Below, piece after piece: positions 7,422 to 16,963 of a stretch of 37,159 nucleotides of DNA (positions are counted from its first letter, which is position 1; the number at the start of each line of letters is the position of its first letter). The stretch lies in the NCBI GenBank assembly GCA_051985095.1, contig JBPYEE010000581.1, positions 1 to 37,159 of the forward strand. The letters are read 5' to 3'. The stretch comes from Vicinamibacterales bacterium. GTDB taxonomy: Bacteria > Acidobacteriota > Vicinamibacteria > Vicinamibacterales > CAVVIG01. The notes under the pieces were generated by a model. It had not been told where the DNA came from. It saw nothing but the letters and a program-made list of their open reading frames with translations, and ran no database searches. The translations under genes and the position numbers were made by a program.

Positions 7422-9421
7422 GCCGCGCTGAGCTCCGGATTGCGCAACCGCTTGATCGTGTCTCGGATGGCCGCCGCCTTCTCGAAGTCGAGGTTGGCTG
7501 CGGCCGTTTTCATCTCGAGCTGCAGCTGCGCGATGTATTGATCGAGTTCCGCCTGTGTTTTGAACCGCTTCGTGCCGTCGTGCGGATCGGCCGGCGTCAG
7601 ATAGTCCCGCTCATAGACACTCGACATCACTTCATCGATCTGCTTGATGATCGACTGCGGCGTGATGCCGTGTTCCTCGTTGTAGGCGTGCTGCAACGCG
7701 CGCCGCCGCTCGGTTTCGCTGATGCAGGCGCGCATCGAATCGGTCACGACGTCGGCGTACATGATGACCTGACCGTTGACGTTCCGCGCCGCGCGCCCGG
7801 ACGTCTGAATGAGCGAGCCGCCGGAGCGCAGAAAGCCCTCCTTGTCGGCATCCAGAATCGCGACGAGCGACACTTCCGGCAGATCCAGGCCCTCTCGGAG
7901 CAGGTTGATCCCGACCAGCACATCGAACTCGCCGCGCCGCAGATCCCGCAGGATTTGGACGCGCTCGAGCGTCTCGATGTCTGAATGCAGGTACCGGACC
8001 CTGACACCGAGCTCCTGGTAGTACTGGGTCAGGTCTTCCGCCATCCGTTTGGTCAAGGTCGTCACCAGCACCCGCTCCCTGCGCTCCACGCGGGCCCGGA
8101 TCTCCTGCAGCAGGTCGTCGACCTGCCCGCGCACGGGCCGCACCTCGATCGGCGGATCGATGAGCCCGGTGGGCCGGATGATCTGCTCCACGACGACCCC
8201 TTCCGACTTGGACAGCTCATAGGGTCCGGGCGTGGCCGACACGAAGATCACCTGCCGGACCCGCGATTCCCACTCCTCGAAGTTGAGCGGACGGTTGTCG
8301 AGCGCCGACGGCAGCCGGAACCCGTACGCCACCAGGACTTCCTTCCGCGAGCGGTCGCCGTGATACATGCCGCGGACCTGGGGCACCGTCTGGTGGCTCT
8401 CGTCGACAATGATGAGCGAGTCGTTCGGCAGGTAATCGAGCAAGGTTGGCGGCGGCTCGCCGGGCGCACGGCCCGTCAGGTGACGCGCGTAGTTCTCGAT
8501 GCCATGGCAATAGCCGATCTCCCGGATCATCTCGAGGTCGAACATGGTCCGCTGATGCAACCGCTGCGCTTCGAGCAGACGGCCTTCGGACTCGAGCTGC
8601 GCGCGGCGCCAGCCCAGCTCTTCCTTGATGGTCTCGACCGCACGCTTCGTGCGATCGCGCGGCGCCACGAAGTGCGACTTGGGATAGACGGCAATCTTGT
8701 CGTGCTTGCGGATCGCCTTGCCGGTCAACGGGTCGAAGGAGGTCAGTTCGTCGACTTCGTCGCCAAAGAGTTCGATCCGCAGTCCCTGTTCTTCATAGGA
8801 AGGGATGACCTCGATGACATCGCCGCGGACCCGGAACGTGCCGCGGGCGAAGTCATGGTCGTTGCGTTCGTACTGAATCTCCACCAGCTTGCGCAGCACC
8901 TGCTCGCGCCCGATGCGCTGTCCCCGTTCGAGCGGCAGCAGCATGCCGTAGTACGCTTCGGGTGATCCCAGGCCGTAGATGCACGACACGCTGGCGACGA
9001 TGATTACGTCGCGGCGCTCGAAGAGCGACCGCGTCGCCGACAGCCGCATGCGATCGATCTCGTCGTTGATCGTCGCTTCCTTCTCGATGTACGAGTCGGT
9101 TGCCGGCACGTAGGCTTCGGGCTGATAGTAGTCGTAGTAGCTGACGAAGTACTCGACCGCGTTTTCGGGAAAGAAGCGGCGGAATTCCTGGAACAACTGC
9201 GCGGCGAGCGTCTTGTTGTGGACCATGACGAGCGTCGGGCGGTTCACGCGCGCGATCGCCTGCGCCATCGTGAAGGTCTTGCCCGATCCGGTCACACCAA
9301 GCAGCGTCTGATACCGATCGCCGCGATTCAGCCCCTCGACGAGTTCGCCGATCGCTCGCTTTTGGTCGCCAGCAAGCGTGAATTCGGAGACGAGATTAAA
9401 GCGGTCGTACACCGAGGGCAT
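7418..9421 (-). CDS. uvrB: excinuclease ABC subunit B
   Basis: Walker [11 protein letters not shown], helicase motifs and a C-terminal UVR domain ([16 protein letters not shown]). Start taken at ATG 9421 ([14 protein letters not shown]...), preceded by GAAGG, rather than the listed 9451. Confidence 0.95.
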   Translation of the reverse strand: MPSVYDRFNLVSEFTLAGDQKRAIGELVEGLNRGDRYQTLLGVTGSGKTFTMAQAIARVNRPTLVMVHNKTLAAQLFQEFRRFFPENAVEYFVSYYDYYQPEAYVPATDSYIEKEATINDEIDRMRLSATRSLFERRDVIIVASVSCIYGLGSPEAYYGMLLPLERGQRIGREQVLRKLVEIQYERNDHDFARGTFRVRGDVIEVIPSYEEQGLRIELFGDEVDELTSFDPLTGKAIRKHDKIAVYPKSHFVAPRDRTKRAVETIKEELGWRRAQLESEGRLLEAQRLHQRTMFDLEMIREIGYCHGIENYARHLTGRAPGEPPPTLLDYLPNDSLIIVDESHQTVPQVRGMYHGDRSRKEVLVAYGFRLPSALDNRPLNFEEWESRVRQVIFVSATPGPYELSKSEGVVVEQIIRPTGLIDPPIEVRPVRGQVDDLLQEIRARVERRERVLVTTLTKRMAEDLTQYYQELGVRVRYLHSDIETLERVQILRDLRRGEFDVLVGINLLREGLDLPEVSLVAILDADKEGFLRSGGSLIQTSGRAARNVNGQVIMYADVVTDSMRACISETERRRALQHAYNEEHGITPQSIIKQIDEVMSSVYERDYLTPADPHDGTKRFKTQAELDQYIAQLQLEMKTAAANLDFEKAAAIRDTIKRLRNPELSAA

Positions 9422-9437
9422 GCAACCTTCAATCGTA

Positions 9438-9477
9438 ACATCTGCACACAATTCTGCACATCTGCGGAGCGTATAAT
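9438..9477. promoter_or_regulatory. repeat-rich divergent control region (uvrB / DHH gene) with a perfect TATAAT
   Basis: TCTGCACA at 9441-9448 and 9453-9460, with a degenerate TCTGCGGA at 9461-9468. ACATCTGC at 9438-9445 and 9458-9465 (20-nt spacing). TATAAT at 9472-9477 ends 9 nt before GTG 9487. Confidence 0.5.
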
Positions 9478-9486
9478 CGTCAACTG

Positions 9487-10911
9487 GTGCGGTGTCTGGC
9501 GGTTTGTCAGGACGAATTGGTCATCAGGATGCTCGACGAGATCCTGCTGCCCGGCTTCGAAGTCGAGTTCATCGTAGAACAACGACCGCTGGCTCGCCGT
9601 CTGCACGACGCCCACGTGACCGTCACCCTCGGCGATCCGCGGCGCACCGACACGTGGTTGAAAGCGGATCTCGGGCCGAGCACCTGCGTCGTCGTGGAGG
9701 ACAACGGCCGGCGCAACCTGCGCAAAATCCTCGAAGCGATTCGCGACGCTGGCGGCACGCTCATCTACGTCCTGGGCATCGGCGCGAGCGCCAAGCGCGC
9801 AGACGAAGTCCGGGCGGAATTCCCAGACGTCTCGTACCTGTCGATGGCGGAGCTCTTCGGCGGTCCGTTGATGACCGAGTTCAGCCGGTCGCTGACACGC
9901 GCCCGCGTTCAGCAGTATCAGCGCTACCTCGCCGACGCGGATCGGGTCCTGATCATGCTGCACAATGACCCGGATCCGGACGCCATGGCCAGCGGCCTCG
10001 CGCTGCGCAACATCCTGCGGCGCACCAAGACGACGGCGATCATCGGCGCCATCCACGGCGTCAGTCGACCCGAGAACCTGCGGATGGTCAACCTTCTCGA
10101 CATCCACGTGGAGACCATCAGGCCCGAGTCGCTGAAGGAGTTCGATCGCATCACGATGGTGGATGTCCAGCCGCATTACTTCGGTGGCCTCATCGATCGC
10201 GTCGATCTCGTCATCGATCATCACCCCGAGCAGACCGGGTACACCTCGGTGTACGCCGATATCCGTCCGGACTACGGCTCGACTTCGACGATTCTGACCG
10301 AGCATCTGCGGGCGGTCGACGTCAACATCTCGGAACGGACCGCGACGGCGATGCTCTACGCGATTAAGTCCGACACGCTGTTTTTCAATCGCCAGACGAA
10401 CCGGGTCGACCTCGAGGCGTTCTCCTACCTCTATCCCCTCGCCGATGCTGCGATGATTCGCAAGATGGAAGGAGCGGAGATCACGCTCGAGCGGCTCGAG
10501 TACGTCCTGACGGCGTACCAGGGCGGTAACCTGACCGATCAGGTGTTCTGCGCCTTCCTGGGCCCGTCGCCGCGCGAGGATTTCATCCCGTACGTGGCCG
10601 ATTTCTTCCTGCAGGTCGAAGACGTCAAATGGACGGTCATCGCCGGCATCGTCAGCGACTCGCTGATCATCTCGGTGCGCAACCTCGGCTATACGAAGAA
10701 TGCCGGCGAGTTCGTCCGCCGGTACTTCGCCGACATCGGCAGCGCCGGCGGACACCGCGCGATGGCCAAAGCGGTGATCGCGATGTCGGCCTTCCGTTCG
10801 AAGTTTGGCGATCTGAGCGGCCCGGCCATCGGCGAACGCCTGCAGGCGCTGGCCCACGAATTCCTGCAGCACGACCAGGCGGTCGCCCGCGAAGTGGTCA
10901 AGTCCCGGTAG
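9487..10911 (+). CDS. DHH/DHHA1 phosphoesterase (NrnA-like) with an extra about 150-aa N-terminal domain
   Basis: DHH motifs: [35 protein letters not shown]1 GGGH-type motif: [12 protein letters not shown]. Residues 1 to about 150 resemble a TrkA-N/Rossmann-like module without a GxGxxG loop ([44 protein letters not shown]). GTG start. Confidence 0.8.
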   Translation: MRCLAVCQDELVIRMLDEILLPGFEVEFIVEQRPLARRLHDAHVTVTLGDPRRTDTWLKADLGPSTCVVVEDNGRRNLRKILEAIRDAGGTLIYVLGIGASAKRADEVRAEFPDVSYLSMAELFGGPLMTEFSRSLTRARVQQYQRYLADADRVLIMLHNDPDPDAMASGLALRNILRRTKTTAIIGAIHGVSRPENLRMVNLLDIHVETIRPESLKEFDRITMVDVQPHYFGGLIDRVDLVIDHHPEQTGYTSVYADIRPDYGSTSTILTEHLRAVDVNISERTATAMLYAIKSDTLFFNRQTNRVDLEAFSYLYPLADAAMIRKMEGAEITLERLEYVLTAYQGGNLTDQVFCAFLGPSPREDFIPYVADFFLQVEDVKWTVIAGIVSDSLIISVRNLGYTKNAGEFVRRYFADIGSAGGHRAMAKAVIAMSAFRSKFGDLSGPAIGERLQALAHEFLQHDQAVAREVVKSR

Positions 10912-10930
10912 GCCGGTCCGACCCGACGCG

Positions 10931-12340
10931 CTACATCGCCCGGAGGGCGCGCCGGGCAGCCCAGTACCCGCACATGCCGTGGACGCCCACGCCCGGCGGC
11001 GTCGACGCCGAGCAGATGAAGAGACCGCGTACCGGCGTCGCATACCGCCGCCACGTCGGCCGCGCGAAGAACTGACGCAGGTTCGAGATGCCCGCGCCGA
11101 TATCGCCGCCGACCAGATTGGCGTTGTGCGCCTCGATGTCGGCTGGCGGCCGGACAGAGCGCGCGAGGATCCGATCGCGAAAACCCGGCGCGAACCGTTC
11201 GATTTGCCGCTCGATGCGGTCCGTCATGTCGACCGTCGATCCGCCAGGTACGTGACAGTACGCCCAGGCGGTGTGCTTCCCGCGGGGTGCCCGCGAGGGG
11301 TCGAACAGCGAAGGCTGGACCAGGATCACGAACGGCCGCTCGGCCACCCGGCCATTCCAGGCGTCTTGTTCCGACGCCACAATCTCCTCGAAAGTGCCGC
11401 CGATGTGCACCGTCGCCGCCTGCCCACATGCCGCCGCACGCCACGGAATCGGGGCGTCGAGGGCCCAGTCGAGCTTGAAGGCGCCCATGCCGTAGCGATA
11501 CCGCTCCAGCTGTCGCCGGTAGCCGTCCGGAAAGTGGTGACTGGCCAGTCGGAGCAGCGGCTTCGGTGACAGATCGCACAGAATAGCGCGCGCCGGCGGC
11601 AAATCGTCGATCCGCTCCACCGGCGCGTTCGCGACGATCTCACCGCCGAGGGACCTCAGGCAGGCGGCGAGCGCGTCGGTCACCACCTGCGCGCCGCCGC
11701 GCGGAATCACCCACCCCACGACATGCGCCAGCGCGCCGAGTACCAGCGCAAACCCGGCCGTGGGGCGCATGTCGAGCGGCAGCATGCCATGGGCCGCAAG
11801 GCCGCCGACAATCGCGCGCGCGTCGCGTCCTGAAAAGCAACGCCGCGCCAGACCGCAGCACGATCGCAGCGCCTCAAACCCGAACCGCGCCGCAGCGACC
11901 GGATGGCGCGGCCAGGCGAGAGAACCGAGTACGGTCCATTCGAGGCGCTCCCAATCGCGAACCACGCTGCCGAACGAGGCGCGATACGCCGCGGCGTCCA
12001 CGCCAAGCGTGTCGGCGGTCCGCCTCACCGGACGTTCGACCGCCGCCGCCGTCCCGTCGTCGAACGGGTGCGCAAACATCACAGGCGGCTCGATCCACTG
12101 CAGGCCAAACTGCGACAGCGAGAGTGTTCGAAACAATGGCGACGCGACCGCGAACGGATGGACCGCCGAACAGACGTCGTGCGTGAAACCAGGCAGGGTC
12201 AATGCCGCCGATCGGAGCCCGCCACCGATCGTGGGCTCCGCCTCGTACACGACGACTTTGCGTCCAGCCTGCGCCAGCACGATCGCGGCGGCGAGCCCGT
12301 TTGGGCCCGACCCAATCACGATCGCATCGGGAGGTGGCAT
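10931..12340 (-). CDS. CrtI/phytoene-desaturase-family FAD/NAD(P)-dependent oxidoreductase
   Basis: N-terminal dinucleotide fold DAIVIGSGPNGLAAAIVLAQAGRKVVVYEAEPTIGGG; 469 aa; C-terminal region typical of the amine-oxidase/CrtI fold. Confidence 0.75.
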   Translation of the reverse strand: MPPPDAIVIGSGPNGLAAAIVLAQAGRKVVVYEAEPTIGGGLRSAALTLPGFTHDVCSAVHPFAVASPLFRTLSLSQFGLQWIEPPVMFAHPFDDGTAAAVERPVRRTADTLGVDAAAYRASFGSVVRDWERLEWTVLGSLAWPRHPVAAARFGFEALRSCCGLARRCFSGRDARAIVGGLAAHGMLPLDMRPTAGFALVLGALAHVVGWVIPRGGAQVVTDALAACLRSLGGEIVANAPVERIDDLPPARAILCDLSPKPLLRLASHHFPDGYRRQLERYRYGMGAFKLDWALDAPIPWRAAACGQAATVHIGGTFEEIVASEQDAWNGRVAERPFVILVQPSLFDPSRAPRGKHTAWAYCHVPGGSTVDMTDRIERQIERFAPGFRDRILARSVRPPADIEAHNANLVGGDIGAGISNLRQFFARPTWRRYATPVRGLFICSASTPPGVGVHGMCGYWAARRALRAM

Positions 12341-12357
12341 CGCGTTACAGTACCAGC

Positions 12358-13317
12358 ATGGCGAAGAATTTCAGAGATCTGAGTGACGCCGAGATCCTCG
12401 CGCTCGCCATCTCACTCGAAGAAGAGGACAGCCGGATCTATGCCGAATTCGCCGACGGCCTTCGCGCGTCCTATCCATCGACCGCGGCGATGTTCGACGA
12501 GATGGAACATGAGGAAACCGGGCATCGCGACAGCCTGATCGACTTGTTTCGCCAGCAGTACGGCGAGCACATTCCGCTCATCCGCCGCCAGGATGTCAAA
12601 GGGTTCGTGGACCGCCGCCCGGTCTGGCGCGTGCGGCCGCTCGGTCTGAACGTCGTCCGCAAGCAGGCCGAGATCATGGAATCGGAGACCCGGCGCTTCT
12701 ACGAACGGGCCATGGAGCGCGCCACGAATGCCTCGACGCGCAAGCTCCTCGGCGATCTCCTCGTCGCCGAACGCCGGCATTCGGCGCTCGCGGCATCGCT
12801 CGAACACGACCATCTGACGGCCGATGTGCGTGCCGAGGAGGACGCGACTGCCCGTCGGCTGTTCGTTCTCCAGATCGTCCAGCCGGGCCTGGCCGGCCTC
12901 ATGGATGGTTCGGTCTCCACGCTGGCGCCCCTGTTCGCGGCCGCTTTCGCGACGCGCAACAGCCACGATGCGTTCCTCGTCGGCCTCGCCGCGTCGGTCG
13001 GCGCCGGCATTTCGATGGGGTTTGCGGAAGCGCTGTCGGACGATGGCGCCCTGACCGGACGGGGCCATCCGTGGATCCGGGGCCTCGTGTGCGGATTGAT
13101 GACAACCGCTGGCGGCCTCGGCCACACGCTGCCGTTCCTGTTCAGCAATTTCCGTATTGCGATGACAGTCGCGACAATCGTCGTCGCAGCTGAGCTGGCG
13201 GTCATCAGCTATATCCGGCACCGTTACATGGACACGCCCTTTGTGTCGGCCGCCGTCCAGGTCGCGCTCGGCGGCGCGCTGGTCTTTCTGAGTGGGATGC
13301 TGATTGGCAGCGCCTGA
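12358..13317 (+). CDS. ferritin-like (erythrin) domain fused to a VIT1/CCC1 iron/manganese transporter domain
   Basis: Start at ATG 12358 (MAKNFRDL...); the listed 12202 start overlaps the divergent gene. Di-iron ligand pattern E...ExxH twice (EMEHEETGH, LVAERRHSA). The C-terminal half carries VIT1-type TMs (GLMDGSVSTLAPLFAAA..., GAGISMGFAEALSDD...). Confidence 0.8.
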   Translation: MAKNFRDLSDAEILALAISLEEEDSRIYAEFADGLRASYPSTAAMFDEMEHEETGHRDSLIDLFRQQYGEHIPLIRRQDVKGFVDRRPVWRVRPLGLNVVRKQAEIMESETRRFYERAMERATNASTRKLLGDLLVAERRHSALAASLEHDHLTADVRAEEDATARRLFVLQIVQPGLAGLMDGSVSTLAPLFAAAFATRNSHDAFLVGLAASVGAGISMGFAEALSDDGALTGRGHPWIRGLVCGLMTTAGGLGHTLPFLFSNFRIAMTVATIVVAAELAVISYIRHRYMDTPFVSAAVQVALGGALVFLSGMLIGSA

Positions 13318-13498
13318 TGGCACCACTCGCGTCGCACAGCGATGCTGCTTGCCATCAAATAGCCCTGTTGTCGGTTCGAGAACTGGCTGGGGCGGGCAAT
13401 GATTCGTCCGCCTCATGGCTGCGTCACGTTTGCGTAACGACGAATTTCCGTGCAAACTCGACACGGTACCGGCCTTGCTCAGCGGTTCCGACCAAGTC

Positions 13499-13942
13499 AT
13501 GTCCGACAGCCAGCGCAACGGCCCCTCCGACCGGCGCCAAATCCGCCGTGGCGGTCGCCGCGCGTACGATCGACCCGGCAATCACCCACCCGTCCTCGTC
13601 GCCGATGCGTACGACGGCGCTCGGATTCCGGCGGCGCGTTACCTGTCCCGATTCAACTTCGACGTCGCTGAAGCGAGCGATGGCGAAGAGGCCTTGAAGC
13701 GCATCCTCGCGGCGCCGCCGCAAGTGATTCTGGCGGACTGGTCGCTACCGTCGATGCCGGCACCGCGGCTGTGTCAATGGCTCGAACGGAGCTGGCGGAC
13801 GCGCAACATCCCGGTGATTGTGATGGTGGGCACAGCCGAACCGGAGGAACCACCTCCGGTCGCCGGCCTGCTGGTGAAGCCGTTCCCGCTCGCAAGCATG
13901 CTCGACGAAATCCGGCGGGTGCTCCGCGCCTCGACCTCCTGA
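13499..13942 (+). CDS. stand-alone response-regulator receiver protein with Arg-rich N-terminal tail
   Basis: ATG 13499. Receiver landmarks: VLVADAYDG, phospho-Asp context VILADWSLP, VIVMVGT, and the conserved Lys in LLVKPF. N-terminal tail DRRQIRRGGRRAYDR. No output domain. Confidence 0.75.
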   Translation: MSDSQRNGPSDRRQIRRGGRRAYDRPGNHPPVLVADAYDGARIPAARYLSRFNFDVAEASDGEEALKRILAAPPQVILADWSLPSMPAPRLCQWLERSWRTRNIPVIVMVGTAEPEEPPPVAGLLVKPFPLASMLDEIRRVLRASTS

Positions 13943-13953
13943 CGCGGCGCGCG

Positions 13954-16347
13954 CTACTCCTCGCGCAACGCGATCATCGGATCGACGCGTGACGCACGCC
14001 TGGCTGGCACGACGCACGCGATGACGGCGACGCAGGTCAAGGCAACGGCCGCGGCGACAAAAGTCCGCGGATCGCGGACATCGACGCCAAAGAGCAGACT
14101 GGCCAACACCCGGCTGAGCAGTAGCGCGCCTGCGATGCCGATGACCACCCCGGCCAGCCCGACCGTCATCCCTTCCCCGACCACCCGCGCAACCAGCGTA
14201 TGCCGCGGGGCGCCAAGGGCCATCCGCAGCCCGATTTCGCGCGTACGGAGCGACACCGAGTAGGCGAGGACACCGTAGGTGCCGAGCGCGGCCAGCAGCA
14301 GCGCGGCCCCCGCAAAGGCTCCCGTCACGACCGCATTGAGCCGCGGTTGCGCCGCGCTCTGGGCGACCCACTCGTCGAGCGCCCTGACGTTCGACACCGG
14401 CAGTTCGGGATCGAGCTCGTGGATCTTCCGGCGTACCGTCGTCAGCACCGATTCGGCAGCCGCGTCGACGCGAATCGCGACATCCATCGTTGGCCAGACG
14501 CGTGACGCGATCGGGTAGTACATGGCTGGTGACTCCCGGTTGAGAGTGGTGTGTCGCACGTCGGTCACGACGCCCACAATCGTGAACGACCGCGCACCCG
14601 CGACGGGGCGAATCCCCCGACCGATCGGGTCGTCGCCGCCGAAAAACTTCTGGGCCGTGGCGCGACTGATCAACACGACCGGCGGGGCGGTCGGACCGTC
14701 ACGATCATCGAACGTGCGCCCGCGGACGAGCGAGATTCCCATCGTCTTGAAATAGTCGGGACTGACAATTCGCCAGTCGATCGGGACGGGCGTCCCTGGC
14801 GGCAGGACCGAAACGCCCACCGCCGTCACAGGAGTCGTGGTGTACGCGCCGTTCCCGAACGGAATACCGCTCGAAATGCCGGCGGCGCGAACGCCGGGCA
14901 CCTGCTGGATGACGTCCAGGACGTGGCGATACAGAAGAATCGATTTCGCCGTGTCGTACTTCGCCGCCGGCGGCGCGAGTTGAAACGTCAGCACTCCGTG
15001 GGGGTCGAACCCCAGAGGCACGCGCTGCAGCTGCACCAGCGTCTCAATCAACAGGGCGGCGCCGACGAGCAGCACCGTCGCCAGCGCGAGCTCCGCGATC
15101 GCGAGTCCGCGCCGAAGGCCTGCGCGCACGCCTGAGACCGACGGGCGGCCGACGCGCTTGAGCGCCTCGTTCAGATCCGTACTCGCGATCCGGTACGCCG
15201 GTGCGCCGCCGAACAACAAGCCGGTGGCGAGGGTGACGCCGGCTGCGAACACGAGGACCGTGCCGTTCATGGTCACCGCCGGGATTGGCAGCACGGTTGG
15301 CGGCAGACCGGCATTCATGACCCGGACGGCGACGAAGGCCAACCCGATGCCGGCGGCTCCGCCGAGGACGGCGAACGTCAGACTCTCGACGAGCATCTGC
15401 CGGACGAGGCGTGTGCGGTTCGCGCCCATCGCGGTGCGCACGGCGATTTCGCGCTGTCGGGCCACAGCGCGTGCCAGGAGCAGGTTCGCGATGTTCGCGC
15501 ACGCGATGAGCAGGACGGACCCGACCGCCGCGAGAAGCACCAGCAGCGCCGTTTCAAGCTGCGGCGTCACGAACGTGTCATAAAAGGTGACGAGGCGAAT
15601 GCCCCAGTCCTTCACTTCGGGATACTGGGCGCCGACACGGCGTGAGATGGTGTCCATCTCGGCCTGCGCCTGTTGCCGGGTGACCGTCGGCTTCAGGCGA
15701 CCGATGACGGTGATCACGTGGTTCAACCGCAGCTCGCGGCCTGGATCGATCGTGAGGGGCGTCCAGATGTCGCCGCCCGTCAGCACCGCGAGCGCGGCGG
15801 GCGCGATGCCAACGATGGTTGTCGGCACGCCATTGAGCGTCAGCGTCTGGCCGACGATCGAACGCTCGCCACCGAAGCGCCGGCGCCACACGCCCTCGCC
15901 CAGCATCGCCACCGGCCGGGCCCGCGGTTCGTCTTCGCCGTCGACGAACGCGCGGCCCGCCACCGGCGCCAGGCCGAGAATCCGCATCACCGAGGGCGAA
16001 ATCCGGCTGCCGGCATATTGCTCGGGGTCGCCGCGTCCGCTGACTGCGTAGCTGCCGAAACCGATGGCGCCGAGTTCGGCAAACGTGCCGGTCTGCTCTT
16101 TCCACGAGAGGTAATTCAGCACCGAGGCGCCGAACACCGGCAGGTGCAGCCTGTCGTTCTTCTCAGCCACCTGCATCAGCCGCTCCGGGTCTGCAAACGG
16201 CAGCGGGCGCAGCATGACGGCGTTCACGACCGTGAACATCGCCGTGGTCGCGCCGATACCGATCGCGACGGTCAGGATGACCGAGACCGCAAAAACGGGC
16301 GCCTTTCGCATGAGGCGAAGCGCATACCGGATGTCGGTCAGCGCCAT
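13954..16347 (-). CDS. duplicated FtsX/MacB-like ABC permease (ADOP family), no fused ATPase
   Basis: 797 aa. N-terminus MALTDIRYALRLMRKAPVFAVSVILTVAIGIGATTAMFTVVNAVMLRPLPF is the stereotyped ADOP start. Two MacB-periplasmic-plus-FtsX halves and a C-terminal RASRVDPMIALREE. Confidence 0.9.
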   Translation of the reverse strand: MALTDIRYALRLMRKAPVFAVSVILTVAIGIGATTAMFTVVNAVMLRPLPFADPERLMQVAEKNDRLHLPVFGASVLNYLSWKEQTGTFAELGAIGFGSYAVSGRGDPEQYAGSRISPSVMRILGLAPVAGRAFVDGEDEPRARPVAMLGEGVWRRRFGGERSIVGQTLTLNGVPTTIVGIAPAALAVLTGGDIWTPLTIDPGRELRLNHVITVIGRLKPTVTRQQAQAEMDTISRRVGAQYPEVKDWGIRLVTFYDTFVTPQLETALLVLLAAVGSVLLIACANIANLLLARAVARQREIAVRTAMGANRTRLVRQMLVESLTFAVLGGAAGIGLAFVAVRVMNAGLPPTVLPIPAVTMNGTVLVFAAGVTLATGLLFGGAPAYRIASTDLNEALKRVGRPSVSGVRAGLRRGLAIAELALATVLLVGAALLIETLVQLQRVPLGFDPHGVLTFQLAPPAAKYDTAKSILLYRHVLDVIQQVPGVRAAGISSGIPFGNGAYTTTPVTAVGVSVLPPGTPVPIDWRIVSPDYFKTMGISLVRGRTFDDRDGPTAPPVVLISRATAQKFFGGDDPIGRGIRPVAGARSFTIVGVVTDVRHTTLNRESPAMYYPIASRVWPTMDVAIRVDAAAESVLTTVRRKIHELDPELPVSNVRALDEWVAQSAAQPRLNAVVTGAFAGAALLLAALGTYGVLAYSVSLRTREIGLRMALGAPRHTLVARVVGEGMTVGLAGVVIGIAGALLLSRVLASLLFGVDVRDPRTFVAAAVALTCVAVIACVVPARRASRVDPMIALREE

Positions 16348-16354
16348 TGCCGGG

Positions 16355-16918
16355 TCACTCGTCGGGGCGGCGGTTATCGTGTTCGATGCGGGCCAGCTGC
16401 TCGGGCGTCAACCCCGCCGATCGCAGCACACGCAGGACAAACTCGGTCTTTCCGAAAACGTAACTGTCGATGTCGTGGGGATGCTGTCGCGCCAGCGTCC
16501 GCTTCAGGGCAGCATACTCCTGCGCCGCGTGCGGGTGCAGGCGCAGGTAATCCCGCATCGCCACTTGATTGACGATCCCGATCGTCCCTTCCGGGCACAC
16601 GTACAGGTTGTGCCGCGGCAGGTCGGCCGGATGGTCGAACGCCTCACGGTCTTCGATCCCGAGGTTGCCTTGATGCACGTATCCCAGGGGCGTGAGCCGC
16701 TCGATGGCGGCGGCGCCGCGACCGCGCGTCGCGACGACGATGGTCATGTCGATGATTGGCTTGGCCGCGAGGCCGGGCACCGACGTGCTGCCGACGTGTT
16801 CGACGCGCAGCGCCACGTCCGCGACAGCCGGCCAGAGGCGTGCGCGCAGAGCTTCGAACTGCCGCGGCCACGCGGAATCGTAATCGACGACGACCACCGT
16901 CGGGCTGCTCGTCCCCAT
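16355..16918 (-). CDS. GrpB-family protein (nucleotidyltransferase-like fold)
   Basis: Motifs VEHVGSTSVPGLAAKPIIDM, LGY..., HNLYVC and RDYLRLHPHAAQEYAALK are typical of GrpB/UPF0157. ATG 16918 (a TTG at 16921 is also possible). The stop lies 7 nt before the ADOP permease start. Confidence 0.8.
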   Translation of the reverse strand: MGTSSPTVVVVDYDSAWPRQFEALRARLWPAVADVALRVEHVGSTSVPGLAAKPIIDMTIVVATRGRGAAAIERLTPLGYVHQGNLGIEDREAFDHPADLPRHNLYVCPEGTIGIVNQVAMRDYLRLHPHAAQEYAALKRTLARQHPHDIDSYVFGKTEFVLRVLRSAGLTPEQLARIEHDNRRPDE

Positions 16919-16963
16919 CAACGAAATGCCTGCTCACCTCGTCTAAGGCTGGCGGAGGATTAT

